The position numbers and the translations under genes were made by a program. Under the pieces are notes generated by a model. It was not told where the DNA came from and ran no database searches. It saw nothing but the letters and a program-made list of their open reading frames with translations. 64,000 nt of DNA from Candidatus Bathyarchaeota archaeon (GTDB lineage: Archaea > Thermoproteota > Bathyarchaeia > Bathyarchaeales > Bathycorpusculaceae), in the NCBI GenBank assembly GCA_963717465.1, contig OY970340.1, positions 2,112,001 to 2,176,000 on the forward strand. Reading direction: 5' to 3'. Shown here piece after piece: positions 20,375-31,297 of this stretch; positions within the stretch are counted from its first letter, which is position 1, and every line of letters starts with the position of its first letter.

Positions 20375-21403
20375 TTAAGTTGAACGGGAGATCGAAGATA
20401 TGGCACTTGAGAACGCTTGTAAGATACTGTTAATATCGCCTGCAATGTTGTTGACAAGAGTTACTCCAGCGGGAGTGAGCGTTCCACCTGACGTGTTGCT
20501 TATTGTCGTTGTTGTGGAGTTCTGGGTTAAATTGCAGTTTCCATGATTTGTTGTAGTTGAGTTTCCATGGCTTGTTGTAGTGGAACTTACAGTTTGCGTT
20601 GATGTTGCGTTTACTGGAGTGACATAGTATGATAGAACAGCATTTGCGAAAGAAAGAGTCCCGTCAATCAGATTTGCGATATTTGTAACTAATAGTGTTC
20701 CAGTGGGCGTAAGAGTTGAACCTGAAGTGCCGTTTCCAGAATTTACAAAAATGGATAATACGCCATTTGCCACAGTAAGAGTTGAATCTATCAGCTTTGC
20801 AATACCTGTTCCTATTGATGCGATAGTTGGGTTGATTTGACCATAATCCGGAGTTGATTGGCTTGGATTCGAAGGTGCAAGGCTGCTTCCGCTTAGAAGA
20901 AATGTTGTGCCTGACGTTTGCAAACTCGCGTAAGCAGTTGCGTTACATAGAACTTGTCTTGAGGAACTATTCATGAATGATAATGATGAGAAAATGATTG
21001 AGAGGGTCACTGATTGTGAATAATAGTATATAGAGTATATAGAACAGCCGTTCATTGTATAATTTGAGTTGTAAGAACCAAACTGACCTTCAATGCTTCC
21101 TGCTAAAGCGATTATATTTTCCAGATATATTTGGCCGGATGGCATCGTTATAAACTGGTTAATCTCTGAATTTGAACTGTACGCTGAAGAAGAGTTTGCA
21201 ATGCTGTACGTGGACGATTCAATTGTTACGCTTCCTGATGTTATGTTAAAAACTCCGCCGTTGACAGGCCCGGAAAAATTACCTTGAAAACGGAAAAAAA
21301 AGTTTGGTAAAATTGTTTCCTTGGCTATTACCTTAGGCATCATTATTGTGCACATTGACATTAAAAGAATACATGTTAAAGCTAGAGTAAATATTCGCTT
21401 CAT
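20375..21403 (-). CDS. Secreted Ser/Thr/Asn-rich protein with C-terminal helix-LTPxG-helix repeats
   Basis: Signal peptide MKRIFTLALTC...VIA. Many N-x-S/T sequons. TLTPTG and TLTPAG motifs. Confidence 0.8.
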   Translation of the reverse strand: MKRIFTLALTCILLMSMCTIMMPKVIAKETILPNFFFRFQGNFSGPVNGGVFNITSGSVTIESSTYSIANSSSAYSSNSEINQFITMPSGQIYLENIIALAGSIEGQFGSYNSNYTMNGCSIYSIYYYSQSVTLSIIFSSLSFMNSSSRQVLCNATAYASLQTSGTTFLLSGSSLAPSNPSQSTPDYGQINPTIASIGTGIAKLIDSTLTVANGVLSIFVNSGNGTSGSTLTPTGTLLVTNIANLIDGTLSFANAVLSYYVTPVNATSTQTVSSTTTSHGNSTTTNHGNCNLTQNSTTTTISNTSGGTLTPAGVTLVNNIAGDINSILQAFSSAISSISRST

Positions 21404-21814
21404 AGTCTCTCGCTTCTCTTTAACCCATCCGAAAAAATGCTTTGAATGTTATTTAAGCTTGTGCAGTATTGATCAATTTTTTAAATACTAATACAAAATA
21501 TTGATTAAAAGGTTTTGTTTTAATTCAATTTTTATTAAGCTTTTTTAATGAAAGCAACAATCATTGCTTATCCATGTTATTAGCTGTTAAACGGTTAGTT
21601 TTCCATTATTCGATTAAACATTAGCCTAAATAACATAAATTACATTTTTAATATGCTTAAGGCGTTTAATCTTAATGCAGGTCAATGGTTGCAATGGAAA
21701 AAAGATATCAGCATGCCGTTAAGGCGGAACAATCTCCTTTAAATAACCACTAGACGATTTGATAAAGCCTGTTAGATCATCTTTAATCAGGAGATTAATG
21801 GCGTGGGAATTCGG

Positions 21815-22624
21815 TTATTGAAATAATATTCTTTCAGCTCCAGTGTAAATGTTCATGCGTTCTCCTCTTACAAACCCGACTAAGGCAATGTTTGCTTTTT
21901 CAGCTGAAGTTATACCTGAAGAAGTCACGGCTGCCATGGAAGCAACGATTGGTAAGCCTACTTTTGCAGCTTTGTAAATCATATCGCCAGGAACCCGTCC
22001 AGTTATAGTCATAAAGCATTCGCTAAAGTCCACGTTGCTTAACGCTGCCATGCCGATTACTTTATCCACTGTGTTGTGTCGGCCGATATCCTCGGCGAAG
22101 GCGACAAGTGAGCCGTCGCTCTTGTAGATTGCACTATCGTGAAGGCCGCCTGTCTTTACAAAGCCCTTAGCAATTGTATTCATTGCTGTGACGCTTTTTA
22201 GGATTATTTGGGCTTTAACTTTTAATTTTGATTGAACTTTTTGGATTTTTTCGTCACGTTGATACGGCGAAGTGCTTTTCTTAATTAATGAAACTATTTT
22301 TGCATGTCCTGATAGTCTTTCTTCCATGTTAATGTTGTCTTTTAACTTGATTTGGCAAGCGTATTTGCCTTTTTCCCCTTCTTCTAAAATTAAGTTTTGA
22401 ATTTCGTTAATCGTTTTAATTATGTCTTCTGTTAGCAAATAGCCGACTGCAAGCTCTTTTAGCTGCATTGGTGAACACCAGATTACAAAGGAATAGTTTG
22501 AGTTTACAGTTAGGTGAAAAGGTACTTCAGATGCGACGTAATCAGTAGTTTTTTGGGCTTTTCCAGTTGAGAGATCGAGTTTTATTAGTTCGGTTGAAAG
22601 CATGCGTCTATTCACTCCAACCAT
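21815..22624 (-). CDS. fdhD: Formate dehydrogenase accessory sulfurtransferase
   Basis: ELAVGYL, TGGLH, EDIGRHNTVDKVIG, TGRV, GFVRGERMNIY. Confidence 0.92.
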   Translation of the reverse strand: MVGVNRRMLSTELIKLDLSTGKAQKTTDYVASEVPFHLTVNSNYSFVIWCSPMQLKELAVGYLLTEDIIKTINEIQNLILEEGEKGKYACQIKLKDNINMEERLSGHAKIVSLIKKSTSPYQRDEKIQKVQSKLKVKAQIILKSVTAMNTIAKGFVKTGGLHDSAIYKSDGSLVAFAEDIGRHNTVDKVIGMAALSNVDFSECFMTITGRVPGDMIYKAAKVGLPIVASMAAVTSSGITSAEKANIALVGFVRGERMNIYTGAERILFQ

Positions 22625-22707
22625 TTCTTAAATCTTGCTATCTGTTTAGCTCGCTAAGATAATCTAATGTTATAAATTGTGAATATGCAATAATTCTGCA
22701 GTATTTA

Positions 22708-24696
22708 TTATGTGTTTTCAAGTTCTAATACGACTACTTCAGGATTGTTCGTTGGTGACGAGTAAACTTTTGTTAACCCGTCTTCTGATGTCGTGTTTCC
22801 AAACAAGAATCGGTAGTAGACCGAGTTTTGCATATTACTAGGCACTGAAACTCCATTGCCGTAAGCATGCCCTAATGCGTAATTTGATATTGTTGGAAGG
22901 ATTGGTACTTCCAGTGTTGAGAAAATGATGTAGGTAGCTCCATATTCTTTCATAATTTGAACCGTTGTAGAAGTATCATTGGTGCAATAAGCTAATGCTA
23001 CGTCTTTTAGCTGGGCTGCTGTTTGCACTGAGCCGTCAAAAACAGGGGTTCTATACGCTATATCATCAATCCAATATCCATAATCCCACCAAGTCATAAT
23101 TGTTGCATTAGTTGGCGTATGCTGGTTGCAATAAATTAATGCGTTGTTCCAATTAGTATCGATCGACATTGGTCTGGCAGTTTCCATAGTAAAGCTCGCA
23201 AAAGAAGTTAGAATAACACCGATTAGAAAAATTGTAATCAAGATTTTGTCTCTGGCTCGGAATGTTCTGAATTTTAAAAACATGGGCACAAATATGAAGC
23301 TAATTAAAGCGGCTGCTGCTGGTGCCATGTCAGTAATGAATCTTTGGGCAAAGAAGGCTAAAATGAAAGTGGTAAGGAACCAGCCTAACCAAAAGAGGTC
23401 TCCTTCGCTGCGTCGTTTGAGGGCGACAACGAACCCTGAGAATAATGGGATTAGCAATAGAGCGTAGCTCCATAAGTTTCCACCTTGGCTCTGCACTAGA
23501 CCTTGTGCTTCAGCGGCAGTGCTTGTTCCTCCAACAGCAAATTCAGTCATACCCACCAGTAAAGAGAGCATGTTAGGGAGACTTATTAAAATCAAAACAT
23601 TAACTAAAGTTACAAATAGAAATAGCTTCCAATGTGTCTGTTTTGTCGCTTTGATAAATCTTTTAGGTATGGTTTTTAAGCCGCCAACCACGAATTTCGA
23701 ATTTATCCTAAGATGACTTATTTCTGTTGGATGGTAGCCTTTAAAAGCGCCCTGCGAAAAGTAGCTGATGAATTCAAAGATTAAACATCCAAATATAATA
23801 GCGAACATTAGGGGTGGTCCAGCATTCCACTCCCAGAAAAGTACCCCTTCTATGCCCAAGAAGGCTATTCCCGCTATTAACCAACTCAAATTCCACTTTC
23901 CAATATTAAAATGCCAATTTCTCTGCAAATAATACACAAAAACCCCAAGCATAATTAGCAGCATGCTTAGCGCGTCACGGGTAAGGTATCCTGAAGCCTG
24001 AATAAGATAATCTGATGGGATTATTGCCATGGAAAAAGCAGCAAAAACACCTATAATCCAATTGTGAGTTTTAGTGGCCATTGCAAACATCAATAAGATT
24101 GTAGCAACAGCTAACACTAAAGGCAATACTTCTCCTGCTAAAACTAAAGCGCTTGAAGTGGAAATGTGAAAAATGGAAACAAAAACTATTGAAGTGTAAG
24201 CAAGCGGATAAGCTAAGCCAGTTCCTAAAGTAGGAGCAGGAAAGGCAGTGCTTCCTGAAATGATTATTTCGGCCATTCGATTAAAAAGGTATGAGTCAGG
24301 ACTAATTATGTAGTAATAATTTCCATCGAGAAGATGCCCAGTTCGCAGAATAATCGCGTAGATAATGATGCCTAAAAGAGCAGCAACCAGCACTATCTTT
24401 CTGGGAGGATGCAAGAGTCTTCTTTTGTATAACTCGTTATTAATAGTGGCTTTTTTGGCTTTTAGTGCCTTAATTTGTTCAACAGTAGCCTTTTTGGCTT
24501 TTAGTGCCTTAACTTTCTCGATAGTAACCTTTTTATCTCTTAATGCCTTGGCTTTCTCAATAGTAGTCTTTTTGACATTTAGAGCCTTAATTTGAGCGTC
24601 TGTTTCTTTCAGTTGACTCTTAAGATCTTCATCTGAACGTTTTTCAAGCGGGATTTCCACTTCTTCTATAGAACTCTCATCTTCCTCGCCGCTCAA
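22708..24696 (-). CDS. AglB/STT3-like oligosaccharyltransferase, copy 1
   Basis: Multi-TM body, SPDSY, GYLTRD, AAEAQ, QRF and IMTWWDYGYWI motifs. Confidence 0.8.
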   Translation of the reverse strand: MSGEEDESSIEEVEIPLEKRSDEDLKSQLKETDAQIKALNVKKTTIEKAKALRDKKVTIEKVKALKAKKATVEQIKALKAKKATINNELYKRRLLHPPRKIVLVAALLGIIIYAIILRTGHLLDGNYYYIISPDSYLFNRMAEIIISGSTAFPAPTLGTGLAYPLAYTSIVFVSIFHISTSSALVLAGEVLPLVLAVATILLMFAMATKTHNWIIGVFAAFSMAIIPSDYLIQASGYLTRDALSMLLIMLGVFVYYLQRNWHFNIGKWNLSWLIAGIAFLGIEGVLFWEWNAGPPLMFAIIFGCLIFEFISYFSQGAFKGYHPTEISHLRINSKFVVGGLKTIPKRFIKATKQTHWKLFLFVTLVNVLILISLPNMLSLLVGMTEFAVGGTSTAAEAQGLVQSQGGNLWSYALLLIPLFSGFVVALKRRSEGDLFWLGWFLTTFILAFFAQRFITDMAPAAAALISFIFVPMFLKFRTFRARDKILITIFLIGVILTSFASFTMETARPMSIDTNWNNALIYCNQHTPTNATIMTWWDYGYWIDDIAYRTPVFDGSVQTAAQLKDVALAYCTNDTSTTVQIMKEYGATYIIFSTLEVPILPTISNYALGHAYGNGVSVPSNMQNSVYYRFLFGNTTSEDGLTKVYSSPTNNPEVVVLELENT
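24444..24590 (-). repeat. 39-bp (13-aa) degenerate coding repeats, KKxTIExxKAL
   Basis: KKTTIEKAKALRD/KKVTIEKVKALKA/KKATVEQIKALKA/KKATI. Confidence 0.75.
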
Positions 24697-25066
24697 AGAC
24701 GTCCCCCACCAACTGTATAATTCTTGTAGGACGCATTATAAGAAAGATGGCGATATAAAAAGGAAGCTGTAATTCAAAGCATTAAATTGATTGTATCAGT
24801 GAAGAGCATGTTGAGCATGCAAATTAAAGATATTCAAGAAAAAGTATGATGATGTGCGAGTCAGGTTTTTAGTTTTCTATGCCTTTGATTCGTATAACTT
24901 ATTTCGTCTTTAATGGGTCGGTTTCCTCTCAAGTTGATTTAGCGTTGGATCTTGATTTTATTGCAATTGATTCTAAAAAATCGTGGAAATTTCAAAAACG
25001 GAATAAGTTTTAATACCTCCCGCGTTCCTATTAGTTTTCTCTGCATAATGGAAGGAGAGAGGGCGC

Positions 25067-25507
25067 ATGTCGAGTCATTCATCTCTTGAACATGTTAAGT
25101 TCGACGGGTATGCTGATTCTCATTCGTCTTTTTTGCGGGGTAATCAAGTTCTCTCTGTTGGGAAGCTGTTAAAAGTTAAGAATTTCGCTTTACGTCGTGG
25201 TGTCTGGTTTAGAGTCTTGAGCCGCCTTGAGCGGGGAGTCATAGATCTTACCATAAAATGTGTTGACAGCGTTAAGAGTCTAAGGCTGGCTGGAGTGTTG
25301 GCAGCCATTGTTCAGAAGCTACAACAAGCAACAGAAAGCCTAATTGAGCGGCTAACAAGAACTATTGGCGTCCCCTTTGCGGAAAGAATTAGTGGAATAG
25401 CTGTAAGTTGGGGTAATAAGACGGCTAAAAACTGGTCAAGTGATTTATCTTTTGCAGCTTTTTTAGCTGTGATGAAAATAAGCGATGAGCATATTGAATG
25501 TATTTGA
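25067..25507 (+). CDS. Hypothetical protein heading the glycosyltransferase operon
   Basis: RBS-like GGAGAGAGGG and ATG. Ends 7 bp before the next gene. Confidence 0.7.
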   Translation: MSSHSSLEHVKFDGYADSHSSFLRGNQVLSVGKLLKVKNFALRRGVWFRVLSRLERGVIDLTIKCVDSVKSLRLAGVLAAIVQKLQQATESLIERLTRTIGVPFAERISGIAVSWGNKTAKNWSSDLSFAAFLAVMKISDEHIECI

Positions 25508-25514
25508 AGGATAA

Positions 25515-26492
25515 ATGAATTTGAAGAAAGTTTTGATTACTGGTAGCGAGGACGCCCAAGTTTTGGAAGCTAATAAAGGTGGTTTGCTTGTTGTTGCGGG
25601 TATTCCAGCATATAATGAAGAAAAAACCATTGCGCAGGTTATATTGGTTGCTCAAAGATATGCTGACGTTGTGGTTGTTTGTGATGATGGGTCATCTGAC
25701 TTAACGGGAGAAATCGCAAGCAAGCTTGGAGCGGTCGTTGTACGCCACGAGAAAAATCGAGGTTATGGGGCAGCTTTGCAAAGCCTTTTCAAGAAAGCAA
25801 AAGAATTAAATGCAGATGTTTTGGTTACTTTAGATTCGGATGGGCAGCATGATCCTGCTGAAATTCCGCGACTAGTAAAGCCCATCGAAGACGGGTTTGC
25901 GGAGGTTGTTTTGGGTAGTCGATTCATGGATGCGAAAGGGTCTGCTGACATGCCTGCCTATAGGCAATTGGGCGTGAAAGTTATTACTAGGTTAAGTAAT
26001 GGGTCCGGGAAGAACGCTGTCAGCGATGCCCAAAGCGGTTTTAGAGCTTATAGTAAGGTTGCTATGGAAAAGTTAAGTGGTATATATGAAAATGGTATGA
26101 GTGCCAGCATAGAAATTATCCGTGCAATTAACAAAAGTGGGTTGAAAGTTTATGAGGTTCCAATTTCTTGCAGTTATGGCGATGTGGTAGGCGTGAAAAC
26201 TTCAACAGAAAATCCGTTTAGACATGGTGTAAGTATCATTATGTCAATTGTACGGCTTGTGGTCGAAGATAGACCGATAACATGCTTAGGAATACCTGGG
26301 ATAATGTCACTAGTGGTAGGTATTTTTTTTGGAGTTTGGATGCTAAATCTATATGCACTTGAAAATAGAATAGTAACAAACATAGCATTGGCCGCTATTT
26401 CTTTTATTTTCATAGGTTTCTTCTTGATGTCTACGGCTATCATGTTATACGGGATGGCACGTCTCAGCCAAAAAATAGCAAAAAATCAATAG
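25515..26492 (+). CDS. GT2 glycosyltransferase, dolichol-phosphate glycosyltransferase (DPM1-like) with 2 C-terminal TMs
   Basis: IPAYNEE, DDGSSD, NRGYG, LDSDGQH, DAQSGFRA. Confidence 0.9.
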   Translation: MNLKKVLITGSEDAQVLEANKGGLLVVAGIPAYNEEKTIAQVILVAQRYADVVVVCDDGSSDLTGEIASKLGAVVVRHEKNRGYGAALQSLFKKAKELNADVLVTLDSDGQHDPAEIPRLVKPIEDGFAEVVLGSRFMDAKGSADMPAYRQLGVKVITRLSNGSGKNAVSDAQSGFRAYSKVAMEKLSGIYENGMSASIEIIRAINKSGLKVYEVPISCSYGDVVGVKTSTENPFRHGVSIIMSIVRLVVEDRPITCLGIPGIMSLVVGIFFGVWMLNLYALENRIVTNIALAAISFIFIGFFLMSTAIMLYGMARLSQKIAKNQ

Positions 26493-26529
26493 GCTAAACT
26501 TATATTTTATTTTTTTAGCGAAGTTCAGG

Positions 26530-27523
26530 ATGGGCATTAACTATTCAAAGCGAAAAGCCAAGTCGTCCTTCAATTTCAGTTGTCATTGTGGTAAAGAATG
26601 GAGAAAAAACCGTTCGTGAGTGTCTCGATTCAGTATTTGATCAGGATAGACTTGATGAGACTTTTGAAGTTATTGTTGTGGACGGAGGCTCTACAGACAA
26701 AACTCTGACTATTGTCCAAAATTATCCCATTCGGATTATCGTAGAAAATGGCGGAACAATTGGTCACTGTAGAAATCTTGGCGTTCAAGCTTCTTTAGGT
26801 AAATACATTGCGTTTACTGATTCGGATTGCGTAGTTGCAAAAGACTGGCTAAAATCTCTTCTTTTTGAGTTGAGAAGTAAGCCTGATATTGTAGCTGTTG
26901 GTGGTCCCAATTTGGTGCTTGATTTGGATTTCCCTTTAAGTAAAGTTATAGGGTACATGCAAGGAACCTTTCTTGGCTCAGGGGGGTCGCCGCAGTCTTA
27001 TAATTTAAAAGATTTAAAATATGTTTATTCTCTTGCTAATTGTAATGCAATGTATAGAAAAGAAGTTCTTCTTAAAGAAAGCTTTGATGACTCGTTTAAT
27101 GTTGGCGAAGATTTGGAGCTAAACTTTAGGCTTTCGCAAAAAGGGTGCTCTTTTCTTTATCTCCCTACCGCTGTAGTATGGCACAAGCGACCGAACGGCT
27201 TTCACAAATTTTTCAATAAGATGTTCATTTATGGCAAGGCGATGGCTGAAGTGTGTAAAAAACATAAAAAGTTGGTTCGACTTTATGCTCCAGTTCCATC
27301 CCTTTCCTTTATTGCCTTGCTTGCTATGCTTCTTTCTATCAGCCTTTTTCCGGTAATGGCATATGTAGTCTTAGGTGCGCTGTTAATTTACGTTGGAATT
27401 TTATTTGCCTGTACTATTGAGGTACACTCAAAATTTCGTAGTAAAGCATCCATGCAGGTGATTTTTCTTTTGCCCCTTCAGCATATAGGATATGCTTTCG
27501 GTTTTTTAAAGGGTTTACTATGA
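26530..27523 (+). CDS. GT2 glycosyltransferase with C-terminal TMs (start uncertain; possible extra G after ATG at 26530)
   Basis: ISVVIVVKNGE, VDGGSTD, RNLG, FTDSD, GEDLE. Confidence 0.88.
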
Positions 27524-27550
27524 AGTTTTCGATAGTGTGGAGGATACAAG

Positions 27551-28594
27551 GTTACGACTTCTAAACTTGCATTTGTCAGTGTGGTAGTGCTTAATTACAA
27601 TGGCAAACCCTTTCTCGACAAATGCTTCACTGCTCTTTCACGATTAAGCTATCCTGCTTCTCTTTATGAAGTTATAATGGTAGATAATGCATCCACAGAC
27701 GGAAGCGTTGCGTATGTACAAAAATTCTATCCCTCGGTGCGTATTTTATCTTTAAACAGAAATTTGGGTTATACAGGCGGAAATAATAAGGGAGCTGAGG
27801 TAGCAAAGGGCGACTTGATAGCTTTTCTTAACAGCGACACTTCTGTGGATAAAGATTGGTTGAGTGAATTGGTTAGTGTTTTGATTAAGGATGAAAGAAT
27901 TGGGGTTTGTGGTAGTAAGATAGTTTTTGCTGAAAGCAACGAAATTCAGTATGATGGCGGTTTTGTAAATCTTATGGGGAGTGTTGTTTTTCACCCAGTG
28001 CAGAAGAGGGCTGTTGATGGCTTTTATCTGGTTGGTTCAATTTGTGGAGCTGCCTTCCTAATTAAAAAGAAAATACTTAAGGAATTAGGTTACTTCGATG
28101 AAGATTTTTTTATGTATTCAGATGAAAGTGACCTCTGTTTGAGAGCATGGCTTTATGGTTACAGAGTTGCGTACGTTCCTAGTTCAGTTATTTATCATTA
28201 CAGCGGAGGCTCCCAGTCAGAATTCAGCAACGAAAAAAACTTGTTGACCGCTCGATTAAGGTCTGATATGACTATTTTTCATGGAAACAAGAATTCATTG
28301 TCTTCGATTATAAAAAATTTTGAGCCAAAGCAAATCGTAATCGGCACTTTGGTTTCGTTCTTTTACATTTTCTTCCAAAATCTAATGTTGCTAAAAAATT
28401 CAGAGCCTAAAAAAATTAAGCTTTTAATTTCAGCCTCCATATGGCCTATAAGGCACTTTAGATTGCTGTGGAAGAAGCGTTTAATCATTCAGCGAAAGCG
28501 AATAGTGAGTGACAAGTGGCTTCTTGGAAATGGGTTGTTAATTTCAATGCATAATACTTTAATTTTACTTTTAAGAAGTCGATCCAATGTTTAA
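27551..28594 (+). CDS. GT2 glycosyltransferase (start uncertain)
   Basis: FVSVVVLNYNG, VDNASTD, NLGYTGGNN, FLNSD, FDEDFFMY. Confidence 0.88.
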   Translation, partial: VTTSKLAFVSVVVLNYNGKPFLDKCFTALSRLSYPASLYEVIMVDNASTDGSVAYVQKFYPSVRILSLNRNLGYTGGNNKGAEVAKGDLIAFLNSDTSVDKDWLSELVSVLIKDERIGVCGSKIVFAESNEIQYDGGFVNLMGSVVFHPVQKRAVDGFYLVGSICGAAFLIKKKILKELGYFDEDFFMYSDESDLCLRAWLYGYRVAYVPSSVIYHYSGGSQSEFSNEKNLLTARLRSDMTIFHGNKNSLSSIIKNFEPKQIVIGTLVSFFYIFFQNLMLLKNSEPKKIKLLISASIWPIRHFRLLWKKRLIIQRKRIVSDKWLLGNGLLISMHNTLILLLRSRSNV

Positions 28595-28670
28595 TTGAAA
28601 TGGGAAAGTCAATTACCTGATATTTCCTCAAAATATTACTCAATTTAACGCGCTTTTAGACTAAAAGCTT

Positions 28671-29300
28671 CTAAAGATTTTTTGCAACCTTTATGAAGTT
28701 GTCAATGTCATGTGACAGCATAAAAGGAAGCATTCTTTTCACTTTATCGTCGGGCCAATCCCACCATGAAATTCTTAAAAGATCGAGGATTTGTTCAGGC
28801 GAAAAACGATACTTGATGATTTTTGCAGGATTACCTCCAACTATGGCGTAGGGCGGGACATCTTTTACTACAAGAGAATCCATTGCTATGACAGCTCCAT
28901 TTCTAACCGTTACACCTTGCCTTATAGTTGTTCCATTGCCAATCCAGACGTCATTATTTATTATGATAGGTGCTGCTGGAATTTTAGAAGCGTCTATGAC
29001 TCCCTTATTATAATATGGATTCGCTGGCGTGTCTGTTTGCCACTTTTTATAAAATTCAACAAAAGGGTAAGTTGTTACCAAATCATAATCATGCTTTCCT
29101 AAAAATGCAAAAGTGATGTTCGAGCCAAAAGAACAGTATTTGCCTATCCTACTGCCGCTCATAAGATACGGAAGCCAAGGCATATAACCTGCAATCTTCG
29201 GTTGTGGACCATAGGAATGTTTTCCAAATACTATTTTGACCCCCGGCTTTTTGTTTTCAAGTTCTATTAGATAACGACCCAAACGAGCTAAACTTGACAA
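28671..29300 (-). CDS. CatB/Vat-like hexapeptide-repeat O-acetyltransferase
   Basis: IGKYCSF, NDVWIG, DVPPYAIVGGNPAKIIKYRF, WWDW. Confidence 0.9.
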   Translation of the reverse strand: MSSLARLGRYLIELENKKPGVKIVFGKHSYGPQPKIAGYMPWLPYLMSGSRIGKYCSFGSNITFAFLGKHDYDLVTTYPFVEFYKKWQTDTPANPYYNKGVIDASKIPAAPIIINNDVWIGNGTTIRQGVTVRNGAVIAMDSLVVKDVPPYAIVGGNPAKIIKYRFSPEQILDLLRISWWDWPDDKVKRMLPFMLSHDIDNFIKVAKNL

Positions 29301-29886
29301 GACTTATTCTCCTTCCATTAAGTCTGATGCATGCTATTACTTTTTTGAGTTTCGGTATATGCTTTTTAGTTTTTTAATTTTTACTTACAGCGTGCTAAAA
29401 AGTGACCGAGTAAGATATTTTCATCCGTTTGGTTGATGTCAACCTAAACATTTTCCCTTTTTATTGGAGGCTCATTTGTTGGAATTTAGTAAGGATTTTG
29501 TCATTAAATCTTTCCGACCTCGCAAACATAGATCATGAAGCGACAAGGGAAAACACTACGAGTTATCCAAAAAATCGCAAAAAATGGACGCAATAAATCT
29601 GTTCTCATATTTATTTGAAATCCATCGTAATTTAACTGGTAAGGATTAATTAGAATTTTTAAAACGATTTAAAAAAGTATATTTTTAAACATATTAAATT
29701 TCAATTGAATTTCAATTCTTATTAATAATATTTTCTAAGATAAGATAGCATATCAGGCTTAGAAAACTCTTAAAAAGCACTTGATTGCCAATTAAGTAGG
29801 AAGCTAAAACGGCAAGGTTGAAGGCTAGTTTAAGACGCTCATAATATTATCGAAAACCGAGAAATTGAGGTGGAAAAACGACTGAG

Positions 29887-30981
29887 TTGAAACGTAAAAA
29901 AGGATTAGCTTTTCTTTTTGATCGTTCAGTTAAAAAAATACGACAAAACGGGTTTTCTGGATTATTTTCTTATATTTCTGACCGTATTAGCAAAAATGTC
30001 CAAAATAAGTTGGCTTTTTATGGTTTTGGCACGCCAAGGCTTCAGATGGTATGTCTCGAGTTGACTAGTGATTGTAATTTGGGTTGTAAGATGTGTTTTT
30101 CGGCAAAGTATAGGGAAACAAATAAGCCCAGATATATTAAACTTGAAGATTGTAAACGTATTTTGAATGAGTTGGCCCTGCTTAAATGCTCCCTCGCCTT
30201 AAATTTTAGCGGTGAAAGTACGCTTCATCCTGATTTCAAGGAAATTATTAAATATGCTAGTAGTTTACGGTCTTTAGGTTTAAAGAGTGTAGGTTTCATC
30301 ACTAATGGCATGTTGTTTGATGAGGAAATAGCTAAGGTATGTGTTAAGGCTAAGGTTGATAATATCACTTTTAGCTTAAATGGTATCGGCAAGGTTAATG
30401 ATGACTGGCGTGTTGGTGCTGATTACCAAGTTATCTCGGATAATATTAAACAACTTATCAGTTTAAGAGACAAAAATACTGTTCCGCGAGTGGAGATTAA
30501 TCTTATTGATTTTGGCAATAAACAAGCAAATAATGAGTTTTTGAAGGCTTGGTTGCCGATTGTAGATGCCATTGAAGTTTCGCCTTTGCAGAATCCGCAG
30601 AGAAAAACGGCTTATGATAACTTTTTTGATGATTCAGAATTTTGTTCTGTCAAGGTTTGTCCTTTTCCAAGTTATTTCATGGGTATTTTAGCTAATGGTC
30701 AAGCGACCACCTGCTGTGCTGATGATAATGCTGAGTTGAATTTGGGGAATGTTATTGAAACTTCAGTTAAGGATGTTTGGTATAACACAAAATATTCTTT
30801 GTTAAGACGGAATCTTAGGAAAGACAAGCCTTCGGGGATTTGTTGTGGTTGTAATTTTTGGAGTAAGAAATTCATAAGTAAGATTAGTATCACTTCTGAT
30901 TTTGAGGTTTTGTACAGTGATTGGTTCAAGTTTTATTCAAAGCATTATGGAACTCAAAATGACAAGGAGATAAAAAATTAA
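29887..30981 (+). CDS. Radical SAM/SPASM domain protein
   Basis: CNLGCKMC, SGESTLHPDF, ITNG, CPFP...CC.D...LGNV...C.GC. Confidence 0.9.
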   Translation: MKRKKGLAFLFDRSVKKIRQNGFSGLFSYISDRISKNVQNKLAFYGFGTPRLQMVCLELTSDCNLGCKMCFSAKYRETNKPRYIKLEDCKRILNELALLKCSLALNFSGESTLHPDFKEIIKYASSLRSLGLKSVGFITNGMLFDEEIAKVCVKAKVDNITFSLNGIGKVNDDWRVGADYQVISDNIKQLISLRDKNTVPRVEINLIDFGNKQANNEFLKAWLPIVDAIEVSPLQNPQRKTAYDNFFDDSEFCSVKVCPFPSYFMGILANGQATTCCADDNAELNLGNVIETSVKDVWYNTKYSLLRRNLRKDKPSGICCGCNFWSKKFISKISITSDFEVLYSDWFKFYSKHYGTQNDKEIKN

Positions 30982-31297
30982 GTTTAATAGTATTGCGTTG
31001 CGTGTAGCAAGCTTGCCCTTGGTAAAAACAATTTTTCTTTTCTTCATTGTCTTGTTCTAAAACATGCATTTGTTTTCTTGGCACGTTCCAAGTTTATAAA
31101 TTTTCAAGCGAAGATTTAACTTTGCTAATTCCAATTCGCTATCAACGACTTTGTACACATTGAACAATTCGCTGATTTTGCTTTGTTGAAAAAATCTTGT
31201 TTGTTAATCGTGTTGATATTTTTTTGAAACTAGATGTCTTGAGGCTGCCGATGGGTCCTACTTATTTAGGATTTCTTTCTTCTTGTGCCCGATGGTT

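Noticed and set aside
28671..29300. Antibiotic-resistance acetyltransferase
   Set aside because: The family is shared with CatB/Vat, but its position among glycosyltransferases favours glycan acetylation.
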